Source: an uncultured Flavobacteriaceae bacterium
GTDB lineage: Bacteria > Bacteroidota > Bacteroidia > Flavobacteriales > Flavobacteriaceae
Reading direction: 5' to 3'
Length of the DNA stretch: 64,000 nucleotides
NCBI GenBank assembly: GCA_963807685.1
Contig: CAWECU010000010.1
Coordinates: 35,339 to 99,338, forward strand
Below, piece by piece: positions 20,732-30,889 of this stretch. A model generated the notes under the pieces. It was given only the letters and a program-made list of their open reading frames with translations, was not told where the DNA came from and searched no databases. How positions within the stretch are numbered: the first letter of the stretch is position 1; each line of letters starts with the position of its first letter. The position numbers were made by a program, and so were the translations under genes.

Positions 20732-20852
20732 TGTGTTTACGCTGTGTTAGTTAGTATTTTTAAAAAAGATTTCCAATGCACAGCAGCTACACTGCACATT
20801 TTCAACTCTCTGCGAAAAAGCCCGCCTCTTGGGGAGAAAGCGGAATCTCTTT

Positions 20853-21830
20853 CTAAAAATCTGCGTCGAAACTTATTTTATTCGACTCTTTATCTTTATT
20901 GGTTACTCCAGCCTTTTGATATTCTGAAACGCGCTTTTCAAAGAAATTAGTTTTTCCCTGCAGCGAGATCATATCCATAAAGTCGAATGGATTGCTGGTG
21001 TTGTATTCTTTCTCACAGCCCAGTTCAACTAGTAGGCGGTCTGTGACGAATTCCAGGTATTGTGTCATTAGTTTTGAGTTCATTCCGATGAGACTTGCTG
21101 GAAGTGATTCGGTAATAAACTCACGTTCTATATTCAAAGCGTCCACAATAATATCGCGAATACGTTCTTTGGGTACTTTATTTACAAGGTGATGGTTGTG
21201 CAGGTGAACTGCGAAATCGCAATGTACGCCCTCGTCTCTGGAAATCAATTCGTTTGAGAAGGTCAATCCAGGCATCAGGCCTCGTTTTTTCAACCAGAAA
21301 ATGGAGCAAAAGGCTCCTGAAAAGAAAATTCCCTCTACAGCGGCAAAGGCAATTAAGCGTTCTGCAAAACTCGGGCTATCGATCCATTTGAGGGCCCAGT
21401 CTGCCTTCTTTTTAATGGCCGGAAAATTTTCAATGGCATTAAAAAGCAGATGCTTTTCTTTGTCATCTTTCACATAAGTATCAATAAGCAGAGAGTAGGT
21501 TTCACTGTGAATATTTTCCATCATGATCTGGAAGCCGTAGAAAAATTTGGCCTCACTATACTGAACTTCATTTACAAAGTTCTCGGCCAGATTTTCATTC
21601 ACAATACCATCGCTAGCAGCAAAAAACGCCAAAATGTGTTTGATGAAATAACGCTCATCATCATTTAGCTTAGAGGTCCAATCTGTCAAATCCTGGTGTA
21701 AGTCAATCTCTTCGGCCGTCCAAAAACTCGCTTCAGATTTCTTGTACCATTCCCAAATATCATGATGTTGAATTGGAAAAATTACAAATCTGCCTTCATT
21801 CTCCGCTAAAATTGGTTCTACTTGATTCAT
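20853..21830 (-). CDS. nrdB: Class Ia ribonucleotide reductase beta subunit
   Basis: [23 protein letters not shown] (radical Tyr), VEGIFF, DEGVH, NFFE. Confidence 0.98.
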   Translation of the reverse strand: MNQVEPILAENEGRFVIFPIQHHDIWEWYKKSEASFWTAEEIDLHQDLTDWTSKLNDDERYFIKHILAFFAASDGIVNENLAENFVNEVQYSEAKFFYGFQIMMENIHSETYSLLIDTYVKDDKEKHLLFNAIENFPAIKKKADWALKWIDSPSFAERLIAFAAVEGIFFSGAFCSIFWLKKRGLMPGLTFSNELISRDEGVHCDFAVHLHNHHLVNKVPKERIRDIIVDALNIEREFITESLPASLIGMNSKLMTQYLEFVTDRLLVELGCEKEYNTSNPFDFMDMISLQGKTNFFEKRVSEYQKAGVTNKDKESNKISFDADF

Positions 21831-21925
21831 TGTCCGTTCTTTAAGTTTTTTGAATTATTTCTCTCTGCTAGGGACTAACAAATATGATTAAAATAGCGAC
21901 AGTTTCCAGAAAAATTCGGTCAAGG

Positions 21926-22137
21926 TTTTCAACAAAGTTTTCAACACGTACGTGCTGGCATTGTTATTATCGTTTTGTTAAAAAAAGCACTTATATAACT
22001 CATTTATAATGCTTTAACTATTTATTGTCAAGCTTATGAACAATTGTAGATTTAGTCGTTGAAAACCCCAGCAGCCTTCCATTTTACGGTAGCTGGACAA
22101 CAATTTGGTAACGTTTTCCTAACATTAATTTTCAACA
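21926..22137. promoter_or_regulatory. Cluster of TTTTCAACA DnaA-box-like 9-mers upstream of nrdB
   Basis: TTTTCAACA at 21926, 21938 and 22129; variants TTATGAACA 22034 and TTTTCAACG (minus) 22057-22065. Confidence 0.5.
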
Positions 22138-22220
22138 ATCGTCTGCCATAATAATTGTGTGGTTTTCGACCAAAGACATCAATTTTCGTATAAAACACTT
22201 CAGAAAAAACACTTTAGAAT

Positions 22221-22252
22221 AAAAAAATCCACCTTCCAAATCGAAGGTGGAT
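22221..22252 (-). terminator. Intrinsic terminator
   Basis: A7 then ATCCACCTTC-caaatc-GAAGGTGGAT. Confidence 0.8.
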
Positions 22253-22275
22253 CTTTTCTAAAACTAGGTTTCATT

Positions 22276-22878
22276 TTACGATCCCAGATCGTCCATTTCC
22301 AAATCCTTAATGGCATCCCAGGTTTCGTCGATATCCATATTGGTTCCGGTAGCGTTAAAGTAAAACCGATTGTCCTTAAAAAATTGTATTGTACTGCGGT
22401 TATTGTTCTTGCGATATTCCTCAATGGCTTTCATTCCGTCTTTGGTTACCGTTCGACGGGTTTTGTATTCGTCTTCTTCTTCAAAATCCTGTGAAAACAT
22501 AAGACGCATCCCTGCGGTGGCGGTGGCACCTACTTCTCCGGCACCATCCATCACTTCAATTTTAAATTTTTTGGATTTGTCTTCGCTGGTATAGGTTCCT
22601 TCAATCATGGCGATCTGCAGATAAGAGCCCTGCCCGGCCTTAAATCCGGTTCGCTTCATTCCATTGACCTTTTCGGGTAACCAGGTTTTCAATTCTTCAT
22701 TGGTAAGGGGCTCTACCTGTTGCAGTTCTTTAATATCCTCCTGCATGGTATTGAGTTCTTTAAATGCCTCCTGAGTGTTGGAAACATTTTGCTTGGTCTC
22801 TTTAATTTTTTTAGAGACTGGATTGTCACAGGCCATAAGCGTAGCTATGGCAAAAACGGCTATAAAAAGTTTCTTCAT
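22276..22878 (-). CDS. Hypothetical lipoprotein
   Basis: Lipobox LMA-C, short coiled coil, then a beta-rich domain. Confidence 0.75.
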   Translation of the reverse strand: MKKLFIAVFAIATLMACDNPVSKKIKETKQNVSNTQEAFKELNTMQEDIKELQQVEPLTNEELKTWLPEKVNGMKRTGFKAGQGSYLQIAMIEGTYTSEDKSKKFKIEVMDGAGEVGATATAGMRLMFSQDFEEEDEYKTRRTVTKDGMKAIEEYRKNNNRSTIQFFKDNRFYFNATGTNMDIDETWDAIKDLEMDDLGS

Positions 22879-23125
22879 AATATTCAGTTTTACGTTTCTA
22901 ATGGTATTGCTAAGTTAATGATAATCAAAAACCTAAGTGTCATCCAAACAAGCTATTTTTTCGTAGAATAAATCTTACATAAAACTAAAAGGTTTTGAAA
23001 ACAAATCCTGAGTGTAATGTAACAGATGTTGGATGGTATGTAACATCATTCCATCTTTTTCCGGATATTAGATGACCAGCAATTGTTTTCTGGCCCTGGA
23101 TATAAGTGCAAAGGAGAGCCGTTCT

Positions 23126-23689
23126 TTAAAGATCCCGGGCTACCTTTTCCAACTGGGTGTACCAATTTTCACCAAATCTCCGAATAAGTGCTTCCTTAAC
23201 AAACTTATAAACGGGAACTTTCAATTGGCTCCCCAGGGTACAGGCATCATCGCAAATAGGCCATTTATGGTAATTGACCGCAGCAAACTCGCTATAATCC
23301 TGCACCCGAACCGGGTACAAATGGCAGGAAATAGGTTTTCTGAAATCCACAGCCCCATCAGAATAGGCGTCTTCAATACCGCAGCTGGCAATTCCATTTT
23401 CGGTAAAGGTGACATAGGCACATTCTTTTCCTTCAACTAGCGGGGTTTCCAGCTCATTGAGATCGCTGGTAACATGGGTGCCTTGTGCCTCGATTGCGGC
23501 AATTCCTTCGGAGCGCAAATAGGGTTTCACTTTGGGGTATATTTCTTTCAAAATACGTGTTTCTTCTTCGGAAACGGGCGCACCGGCCTCACCGGCGATG
23601 CAACATTCCCCTTTACAAGCCCCCAAATTACACACAAAGTCCTTTTCGATAAGATCTTCGGAAACGATTGTTTTACCCAGTTGAAACAT
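23126..23689 (-). CDS. DUF3109 family Cys-rich protein
   Basis: FVCNLGACKGECC..GEAGAP, KPISCHLYP; start MFQLGK at 23689. Confidence 0.85.
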   Translation of the reverse strand: MFQLGKTIVSEDLIEKDFVCNLGACKGECCIAGEAGAPVSEEETRILKEIYPKVKPYLRSEGIAAIEAQGTHVTSDLNELETPLVEGKECAYVTFTENGIASCGIEDAYSDGAVDFRKPISCHLYPVRVQDYSEFAAVNYHKWPICDDACTLGSQLKVPVYKFVKEALIRRFGENWYTQLEKVARDL

Positions 23690-23808
23690 AGCCGCAAAGA
23701 TAATGGGATTATCGTATTTCTTCGGAAGAAAAACCCACATAATTATTAGGGTGAAATACACTTTTTCCTGTTTTGATTGTCTAATTTTGCACCCTAAAAT
23801 GAAGACAC

Positions 23809-24390
23809 ATGAATTTCAGTTTAAAAGAAATAGGAACTGCCACCTTGGTTCTTTTCGCCGTGATTGATATTGTGGGCAGTATCCCCATCGTAATCGCGCT
23901 TCGGGAAAAAGCAGGCCATATTAAGAGTGGGCGCGCCTCAGTCATTGCGGCTGTGGTTCTTGTCGTATTTCTTTTTGTAGGGGAGGAAATTTTAAAGCTC
24001 ATAGGTATTAACGTAAACGAATTTGCTGTTGCAGGGGCATTTATTCTTTTCTTTATCGCCCTGGAAATGATCTTAAATATCACCCTTTTCAAAGAAGGTG
24101 ATGGCGGTCCCGATATGTCCAGTATTTTTCCCATTGCTTTCCCCATTGTGGCTGGTCCCGGAAGTTTGACCACCATCCTTGCATTGCGAGCTGAATACGA
24201 AACAGAAAATATCATCGTCGCTATAATAGCGAATATCATCTTTGTTTATATTGTATTGAAGACTTCGGGGAAATTGCAGCGCATCCTGGGGAAAGGCGGT
24301 ATTGCGATCATCAAAAAGGTCTTTGGTGTCATTCTACTGGCGCTTGCGGTAAAATTGTTCACCTCGAATATTCAGGAATTGTTTAACTAA
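23809..24390 (+). CDS. MarC family membrane protein
   Basis: LFAVIDIVGSIP, FPIAFPIVAGPGS. Confidence 0.9.
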   Translation: MNFSLKEIGTATLVLFAVIDIVGSIPIVIALREKAGHIKSGRASVIAAVVLVVFLFVGEEILKLIGINVNEFAVAGAFILFFIALEMILNITLFKEGDGGPDMSSIFPIAFPIVAGPGSLTTILALRAEYETENIIVAIIANIIFVYIVLKTSGKLQRILGKGGIAIIKKVFGVILLALAVKLFTSNIQELFN

Positions 24391-24419
24391 AAGTTGCCGG
24401 TCTTTACGGGCGTGAACTT

Positions 24420-24611
24420 ATGAAAATATTGATCTATACTGTATTGATCATTGGTTTGGGACTTATTGTTTTTAATGCGACCAAACTCGATCTCGAAAAT
24501 CCTTTTACCGATGAAAGTGGCGTAGCTGCCATTGGTGTTTTAGCCGCGGCCTGCGCTGTGATGCTGATGGTAATTCTGCTGGTGGCCCGCCGTATGAAGC
24601 AAAAGAAGTGA
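24420..24611 (+). CDS. Small 2-TM hypothetical protein
   Basis: Two hydrophobic helices and a basic tail. Confidence 0.65.
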   Translation: MKILIYTVLIIGLGLIVFNATKLDLENPFTDESGVAAIGVLAAACAVMLMVILLVARRMKQKK

Positions 24612-24678
24612 AAAGAGGCAGGTACTATTATAAGGTTTGGGAGTACTGCGCTTCGTAAATAGCCGCATAATGATACGC

Positions 24679-26274
24679 TTATTCTCGCATCTGGTTTTCT
24701 TCCAGCTCAAATATCTTCTCGATCATGGGGTCGGCGAGATTTAGAAAATACTCATAGGCATTGGGTCCGAAGAGTTGTTGGGCGATATTTGCCTTTATAG
24801 CAAGTTTGAGTTCTTCTGTATATCCGTTAATATTGATTTTCGCTTTTTCCAGCCCCGAATAGGAAATAAAATCTTCCTTCAGAGGATCGTCCACTTCAAA
24901 ATCATTGGAAAATTCTTCTAATGACATTCCGTCAAAGTCTGCGCGGTTAGCCTCGAGATATTCAAAAACAAAATAGCTCATAAAGCCATGGCGCGTAAAA
25001 TATTGAAGGGTTTCATTTTCAACGCTGGTATCCTTCGGAACAAATACATCCGGGATAATTCCACCACCGCCATATACTATTTTTCCTTTAGGCGTCTTGA
25101 ATTTCAAAGAATCTGCCACGGGAATGCTGTCTGCGCTTCTCATTTCGCCATTGTGGTAACGGTCTTCGTAGTCGTTATAATAGGTGCCGTTTCCATTTCC
25201 ATAGGGTCTCTGAATAGAACGCCCGGTTGGGGTATAATAACGGGCAATTGTCAAACGAACTGCACTCCCATCGCCCAAAGCCATCTCCCGCTGCACCAAT
25301 CCTTTGCCAAAAGAACGACGCCCCACGATAGTTCCCTTATCATTATCCTGAAGGGCTCCTGCTACGATCTCACTCGCGGAAGCAGAGTTTTCATTGATGA
25401 GCACATACAGTATTCGGTCTTCAAAATCGCCCCGCTTGGTTGCATAAGTCCGGTTTTCGTCACCGTTTTTATTTTTAGTGATAAGTATCAATTTGTCATC
25501 CTCGAGAAACTCATCGATGATCCGTTCGGCTGTGGAAATATATCCGCCGGGGTTGTCTCGTAAATCCAGCACCAGCGTATTCAAGTCTTCATCGTCCAGC
25601 TTCTCCAGTGCTTTTTTAAATTCTTTATAGGTTGATTCTGAAAAACGATTTATCTTGATATAACCCATAGCATCTGTCAACTTGTATGAGGCATCGACGC
25701 TTACCAATGGAACTCGCCTTCTTTTGAGGGTGAGCTCAAGCAACTTCTCCTCCCCTTTCCGAAAGACCGTGAGCTTCACTTTGGAATTGATCTCTCCTTT
25801 TAAGAATTTGGAGATACTATCGCGGTCTATATTCTCACCAAATAGTCTTTTACCATCCGCGTATAAGATTCGGTCGCCTCCCAGAATTCCTGCGTTTGCA
25901 GCGGGACCTCCTTTTATGGCGCGTATCACCGCTATGGAATCGTTATAAGGATAGAAGCTTACTCCTATTCCTACAAAGTTGCCACGCATGTCGTCCGCAT
26001 TTTCTTCGTATTGATCCACCGGAATATATACCGAATGCGGATCCAGATTTTCAAGGATACCATTCACGGTCACGTCCACAATGCTATCGGTATTCACCTC
26101 ATCGACATATTCATAATCGATGTAATCTATGAGTCGATTGAGCTTGTCCTTCTTTGAATTGGTTGCGAAAATCTTTTTATTCCCATCACCAAAATTAAGT
26201 TTTGATCCCAAAAGAACACCTGCGGCAACGGCTACACCCATCAATAATGGCAAGTATTTCTTTATATTGTTCAT
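24679..26274 (-). CDS. S41 family C-terminal processing peptidase
   Basis: LDPHS, PDZ domain, DLRDNPGG, SASASEI, GKGLVQ. Confidence 0.95.
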   Translation of the reverse strand: MNNIKKYLPLLMGVAVAAGVLLGSKLNFGDGNKKIFATNSKKDKLNRLIDYIDYEYVDEVNTDSIVDVTVNGILENLDPHSVYIPVDQYEENADDMRGNFVGIGVSFYPYNDSIAVIRAIKGGPAANAGILGGDRILYADGKRLFGENIDRDSISKFLKGEINSKVKLTVFRKGEEKLLELTLKRRRVPLVSVDASYKLTDAMGYIKINRFSESTYKEFKKALEKLDDEDLNTLVLDLRDNPGGYISTAERIIDEFLEDDKLILITKNKNGDENRTYATKRGDFEDRILYVLINENSASASEIVAGALQDNDKGTIVGRRSFGKGLVQREMALGDGSAVRLTIARYYTPTGRSIQRPYGNGNGTYYNDYEDRYHNGEMRSADSIPVADSLKFKTPKGKIVYGGGGIIPDVFVPKDTSVENETLQYFTRHGFMSYFVFEYLEANRADFDGMSLEEFSNDFEVDDPLKEDFISYSGLEKAKININGYTEELKLAIKANIAQQLFGPNAYEYFLNLADPMIEKIFELEENQMRE

Positions 26275-26703
26275 TTAGTCTAAAGATTCAATATGTGTTA
26301 TATCAACGCCTGCTTTTTGTAAAAATTTCACTCCTGAGTCTTCTTTATACGAATGAAGATAAACCAATCGCGAGATACCAGCTTGATGAATTAACTTACT
26401 ACATTGCTGACAAGGAGCCATGGTAATATACAAAGTAGATCCTTTACAGGATTGAGTAGACCCGGCTACTTTCGAAATAGCATTGGCCTCGGCGTGCAAA
26501 ACGTACCACTTGGTATAACCTGCATCGTCTTCACATATATTTTCAAAGCCCGTAGGCGTGCCGTTGTATCCATCGCTAATGATCATTTTATCACGAACGA
26601 TCAATGCACCCACCTGCTTACGCTCACAATAGGAAAGTTTGCTCCATTCCTGGGCCATTCGTAAATAAGCTACATCGTATTTTCGTTGTTTCTTTTCGGT
26701 CAT
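26275..26703 (-). CDS. dCMP deaminase family protein
   Basis: GYNGTP, HAEANA, PCQQC. Confidence 0.93.
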   Translation of the reverse strand: MTEKKQRKYDVAYLRMAQEWSKLSYCERKQVGALIVRDKMIISDGYNGTPTGFENICEDDAGYTKWYVLHAEANAISKVAGSTQSCKGSTLYITMAPCQQCSKLIHQAGISRLVYLHSYKEDSGVKFLQKAGVDITHIESLD

Positions 26704-26839
26704 ACACAGGAGTAAGTAGGCGAATTTACTCGTAACTTACTCCCTTTCAAAAAAACTTGGTGTTAAATGTTTGCGAAAGTTCTTCCTAGCTCAAAATTCC
26801 AAACTCCCTTTAGAGGATTTTGTTCCTTAGATTTCAGCG

Positions 26840-27439
26840 TCAAAAAGGCCAGTTTTCGAAAAGCATGGGAAGGGTGAGCGCAATAACCAGAAAGGATACC
26901 GCCCAAATCCAGGTTTTTTTGGCCAGACGAAACAATCTGTTTACCACAAACCCAAAAACGAGAACGGCAAGTACAATAACCAGTTGTGAAGTCTCAATTC
27001 CCAATGCGAACTCGAATAAGGGTGCCAATGCCTGTTCGTCGTTTATTTGGTTAAAATAACGTCCGAAGCCGAAGCCGTGAATAAGTCCGAAGAAAACGGT
27101 CAAGACATAGATAAGCCCGAGTTTTCCCATTCTTTCAGTGTCGGTGCCAACAAGCTGCTTCTTTCTTGTAGTTACGAGATTGAACAAGGCGGCAGCCAGG
27201 ATGGTAAGCGGGATCAAAAACTCGATCCAGGCTGGAGAAATAGGTGTCCAGCCATAATTGCTCAAAAATAAGGAAATCGTATGCCCGAGGGTGAACATAG
27301 TGACCAAGAGTAAAAGCTTTTTCCAGGAGGCAAAGGTGTAGGCCACGCAAAGAACCGTAATAAAAAGGACATGATCGTATGCCGCACGGTCAAGGACATG
27401 CTCAAATCCCAGTGTAAAATAAAGTAAAAAATCCCCCAT
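26840..27439 (-). CDS. HupE/UreJ family membrane protein
   Basis: GFEHVL, YDHVLF, FTLGHT, FGLIHGFGF. Confidence 0.88.
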   Translation of the reverse strand: MGDFLLYFTLGFEHVLDRAAYDHVLFITVLCVAYTFASWKKLLLLVTMFTLGHTISLFLSNYGWTPISPAWIEFLIPLTILAAALFNLVTTRKKQLVGTDTERMGKLGLIYVLTVFFGLIHGFGFGRYFNQINDEQALAPLFEFALGIETSQLVIVLAVLVFGFVVNRLFRLAKKTWIWAVSFLVIALTLPMLFENWPF

Positions 27440-27524
27440 AGTTCCCTAATAACGAGGCCAAAAATATAGAAAGTGGGTAAGATTTCATAACTTTAATAAA
27501 AATCAGGTCCGAAAATCCGTTGCC

Positions 27525-28232
27525 ATGAAAAATGTATTGCTCTCATTGATTCTTTTATGCGTCCTGCAAATTGCAAACGGGCAACCTCCGGAATTACTGG
27601 AAACCAATTGGTATATCGACCATATTATTTTGGATGGCGTGACCTATCCCACGCCCATTGTCAATCAAATTGGGATAGTTAACCCCAATATCGAATTTGA
27701 AGAAACATTCGCCACTGCTGTTCTGGACCCTGAAAGTGATAGTTTTTTTAGTGATATTATCTACGATCCGAATGATCAGGAATTTACCTTCACGGAACCT
27801 AATATCACCTTACCGGGTTGTAATTTGTGGTGTGATTTTGCTATTGTATATTTCGGTTTTCTGGCAGGTGATTTTCTCGATGTTCACTTCACCTATGAAA
27901 TTCTTATCACCGACGCCGGAAATTTATTTTTAGTCTTGACCGATGACGAAGGGAACCAGGCATTTTATCAGGATACGCCCATTTTGGGGGTAAGTGATTT
28001 GTCACGGTCTAAACTGATCATTTATCCCAACCCAACTTCCGGGGTGCTTTTTATTTCTTCGGAAGGGGCCGTAATCGAAAAAATTGCGATATACAATCTT
28101 AGTGGTCAATTAGTTTTGGAAGAATCTGATGATCTTACGCAACTAGATGTGTCTGCTTTAATCACAGGTCTTTACTTTGCTGAAATCATTTCCGAAGAGG
28201 GAAAAACAGTCCAGAGATTTTTTAAGGAGTAG
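27525..28232 (+). CDS. T9SS type A sorting-domain cargo protein
   Basis: Signal peptide; C-terminal IYPNPT...IYNLSGQ...GLYF...RFFKE. Confidence 0.88.
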   Translation: MKNVLLSLILLCVLQIANGQPPELLETNWYIDHIILDGVTYPTPIVNQIGIVNPNIEFEETFATAVLDPESDSFFSDIIYDPNDQEFTFTEPNITLPGCNLWCDFAIVYFGFLAGDFLDVHFTYEILITDAGNLFLVLTDDEGNQAFYQDTPILGVSDLSRSKLIIYPNPTSGVLFISSEGAVIEKIAIYNLSGQLVLEESDDLTQLDVSALITGLYFAEIISEEGKTVQRFFKE

Positions 28233-28449
28233 GCTCCTCTTGAATTTTATGGGATTCGAGATATCGTTTGACCAGTTGCCGCAAGCCATCAAGGTAATCT
28301 GAGAATACACTTTCGTCCATGCTAGGATGGCCCATAGCAGGAATGGTCATGGGATCTTCGTCCAGGTTTCGATACAAGCCAGGATATTTTACCTTGATCT
28401 CGACGGTAAGCTGGCTGATCTTATTCAATATTTCCTGTATTTTCTTCAA
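28222..28449 (-). CDS. Small hypothetical protein
   Basis: 75-aa ORF (TTG start) with KYPGLYRNLDEDPMTIP. Confidence 0.6.
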   Translation of the reverse strand: MKKIQEILNKISQLTVEIKVKYPGLYRNLDEDPMTIPAMGHPSMDESVFSDYLDGLRQLVKRYLESHKIQEEPTP

Positions 28450-28554
28450 GTCTATACGATTTTAGTCGTCTGGGACGCCTGACCTTAAGTCCATTAAATT
28501 TAATCAATTCGACGGATATGTATCGCATTTTTATCCTTAAAATAGGAGAAAAAT

Positions 28555-28579
28555 AACTCCCCAATTAGTCTGGGGAGTT
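28555..28579 (-). terminator. Terminator-like hairpin downstream of tRNA-Leu
   Basis: AACTCCCCA-attagtc-TGGGGAGTT. Confidence 0.7.
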
Positions 28580-28584
28580 TTTAA

Positions 28585-28604
28585 GTGCTCAAGGCGGGAT
28601 TGAA
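28585..28604 (-). repeat. Degenerate copy of the tRNA-Leu 3' end (att-like)
   Basis: GTGCTCAAGGCGGGATTGAA vs GTACTCAAGGCGGGAATCGAA at 28733-28753. Confidence 0.7.
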
Positions 28605-28733
28605 GTGCCTGCACTTCTTCCCTTTTGCGTCATCTTGAAAACCACAAAAGGAAACGGCTCGCATCCTTTCAAAAAAGAAGCGAGCTTCATTTTTGAAACT
28701 CGCTTACATTTCCACTTTTTTGTGGTTTATCTG

Positions 28734-28815
28734 TACTCAAGGCGGGAATCGAACCCGCACGTCCTAAGACACTGGATTTTGAATCCAGCGCGTCTACCAG
28801 TTCCGCCACTTGAGC
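28734..28815 (-). tRNA. tRNA-Leu(CAA)
   Basis: GCTCAAG/CTTGAGT acceptor stem, CTGGA-TTCAAAA-TCCAG anticodon arm, long variable arm, GGTTCGATTCC T-arm; CCA not encoded. Confidence 0.96.
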
Positions 28816-28971
28816 TAGTGGAGGGCAAAAATAAACAATTATTGTTAATTATAACAATCATTTTTCCGGAATAACTTCCTCGAAATTGTTAGTAAATCCT
28901 TTCCTCATTTTTTAATAAACGATTCACATTAATTTACATTTGTAACCATCCAACCAAATAAACGTACCTCT

Positions 28972-29913
28972 ATGTCCTCGCAGATACCCCAACCCAAGAT
29001 TTTCGCCTGTAAACAGAGCCAGGCCCTGGCCACCGATATTGCCAAAGCGTACGGAATTCCTTTGGGAAAGATCATTACTTCTACCTATAGTGATGGCGAA
29101 TTTCAACCTTCTTTTGAGGAATCGGTGCGAGGGAGTCGGGTTTTTATCATTGGCTCCACCCATCCCAACAGTGACCATCTTATGGAAATGCTGTTGATGC
29201 TGGACGCAGCCAAACGTGCTTCCGCCCGGCATATTACGGCCGTACTGCCCTATTTTGGCTGGGCCCGACAGGATCGCAAAGACAAACCCCGTGTTCCCAT
29301 TGCTGCAAAACTCGTCGCAAAAATGCTGGAAACCGCAGGGGCAACACGTATCATTACCATGGACCTGCATGCAGACCAAATACAAGGGTTCTTTGAAAAA
29401 CCCGTGGATCACTTATTCGCTTCCACCATCTTCCTCCCCTACTTAAAAGAACTAAATCTCCCTAATCTGACCATCGCTTCCCCGGATATGGGAGGTTCTA
29501 AAAGAGCCTATGCCTACTCCAAAGCAATGGAGAGCGATGTAGTAATCTGTTACAAGCAACGGGCCAAGGCCAATGTGATCTCACATATGGAACTCATTGG
29601 GGATGTGAGCGGGCAAAATGTGGTGTTGGTTGACGATATGGTGGATACCGCCGGAACCCTCACCAAAGCCGCAGATCTAATGATGGAACGCGGTGCTTTG
29701 AGTGTTCGGGCGATCTGTACCCATCCCATTCTTTCCGGGAATGCCTATGAGCGTATTGAAAATTCTAAGTTGGAAGAGTTGATCGTTACCGATTCTATCC
29801 CACTGAAACAAACCAGTCCTAAAATAAGGGTGCTCACCTGCGCCAATCTATTTGGGGAAGTCATGCTAAGAGTGCATGGCAACCAATCCATCAGTTCCAA
29901 ATTCCTGATGTAA
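28972..29913 (+). CDS. prs: Ribose-phosphate pyrophosphokinase
   Basis: PYFGWARQDR, DLHADQIQGFF, VDDMVDTAGT; -7 box TACATTTG 28935-28942. Confidence 0.97.
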   Translation: MSSQIPQPKIFACKQSQALATDIAKAYGIPLGKIITSTYSDGEFQPSFEESVRGSRVFIIGSTHPNSDHLMEMLLMLDAAKRASARHITAVLPYFGWARQDRKDKPRVPIAAKLVAKMLETAGATRIITMDLHADQIQGFFEKPVDHLFASTIFLPYLKELNLPNLTIASPDMGGSKRAYAYSKAMESDVVICYKQRAKANVISHMELIGDVSGQNVVLVDDMVDTAGTLTKAADLMMERGALSVRAICTHPILSGNAYERIENSKLEELIVTDSIPLKQTSPKIRVLTCANLFGEVMLRVHGNQSISSKFLM

Positions 29914-30144
29914 GGCAGGTCTTTCGCCGGCACCAAGCCTTCAGTATAAAAAATTATTGTTTCCAGAGAAACCTGGATTGCTGTTTGATCTTTTCTGAAA
30001 AAAATAGCGATTCCAATTTCGATCAATAAAACCCCCGTTTTTATTACATTTTCTATAAAAAACATTACATTTGCACCCCTCTTAGGTAAAATTTCTGAGA
30101 AGGATACCGCCACTTAAGGCACTTATAAACAATTTAAAAATAAA

Positions 30145-30813
30145 ATGAAATCAATTACAATTAACGGAACTCAAAGAGAAAGCGTGGGCAAGAAAGCAAC
30201 AAAGGCCTTACGTAATGCTGGAATGGTTCCCTGCGTAGTTTACGGAGGAGAAACACCCTTACACTTTTCAGCATCAGAAATTGCATTTAAAGACTTGGTG
30301 TACACTCCCAACGTACACACAGTTGTAATTGCATTGGAAGACGGATCGAAAGCCGAATGTATCCTTCAGGATATTCAGTTTCACCCGGTGTCCGATCGCA
30401 TCCTGCATATCGATTTTTACCAGATCTTCGCTGATAAAGAACTCACCATGGAAATCCCTGTTCGTACCGTAGGGAACTCTCGTGGAGTTAAGAACGGAGG
30501 GGTATTGCGGATTGTAAATCGTAAGCTGCGAGTAAAAGCATTACCGGCAGATCTTCCCGATTTTATCGATGCAGATATCACTGAAATGAAAATTGGTGAA
30601 AAAATGTACATCACGAATATCGAACAGGAGAAATTCACGATCATGCACGGAGAAAATACCGTAATATGTCAAGTGAGAACTTCGCGAGTCGCTATTGAAG
30701 ATGAAGTAGACGAAGAAGAAGAAGGAGAAGAAGGCGTAGAAGGAGAAGAAGGAGCAGAAGGAGCAGAAGCCCCTGCAGAAGGAGCAGCCAAAGAGGCTCC
30801 AGCGGGAGAATAA
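30145..30813 (+). CDS. rplY: 50S ribosomal protein L25/Ctc
   Basis: [22 protein letters not shown]; acidic tail; -7 box TACATTTG 30066-30073. Confidence 0.96.
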   Translation: MKSITINGTQRESVGKKATKALRNAGMVPCVVYGGETPLHFSASEIAFKDLVYTPNVHTVVIALEDGSKAECILQDIQFHPVSDRILHIDFYQIFADKELTMEIPVRTVGNSRGVKNGGVLRIVNRKLRVKALPADLPDFIDADITEMKIGEKMYITNIEQEKFTIMHGENTVICQVRTSRVAIEDEVDEEEEGEEGVEGEEGAEGAEAPAEGAAKEAPAGE

Positions 30814-30835
30814 AAATTCTTCTCAATATAAAACC

Positions 30836-30866
30836 AAAGCATCCCTTAATTCGGGATGCTTTTTTT
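30836..30866 (+). terminator. Intrinsic terminator after rplY
   Basis: AAAGCATCCC-ttaattc-GGGATGCTTT plus T-run. Confidence 0.88.
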
Positions 30867-30889
30867 ATTTTTACTAAAATATAAACCGA

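Noticed and set aside
26275-26703. Deaminase as a dCTP-depleting defence gene
   Set aside because: Short single-domain dCMP deaminase with no kinase or other fused domain, in a housekeeping run with the S41 peptidase.
30700-30810. GAAGGAGAA/GAAGGAGCA tandem repeats
   Set aside because: They encode the low-complexity acidic tail of L25; not a CRISPR array. A link to the nearby carboxylase-like gene has no support.
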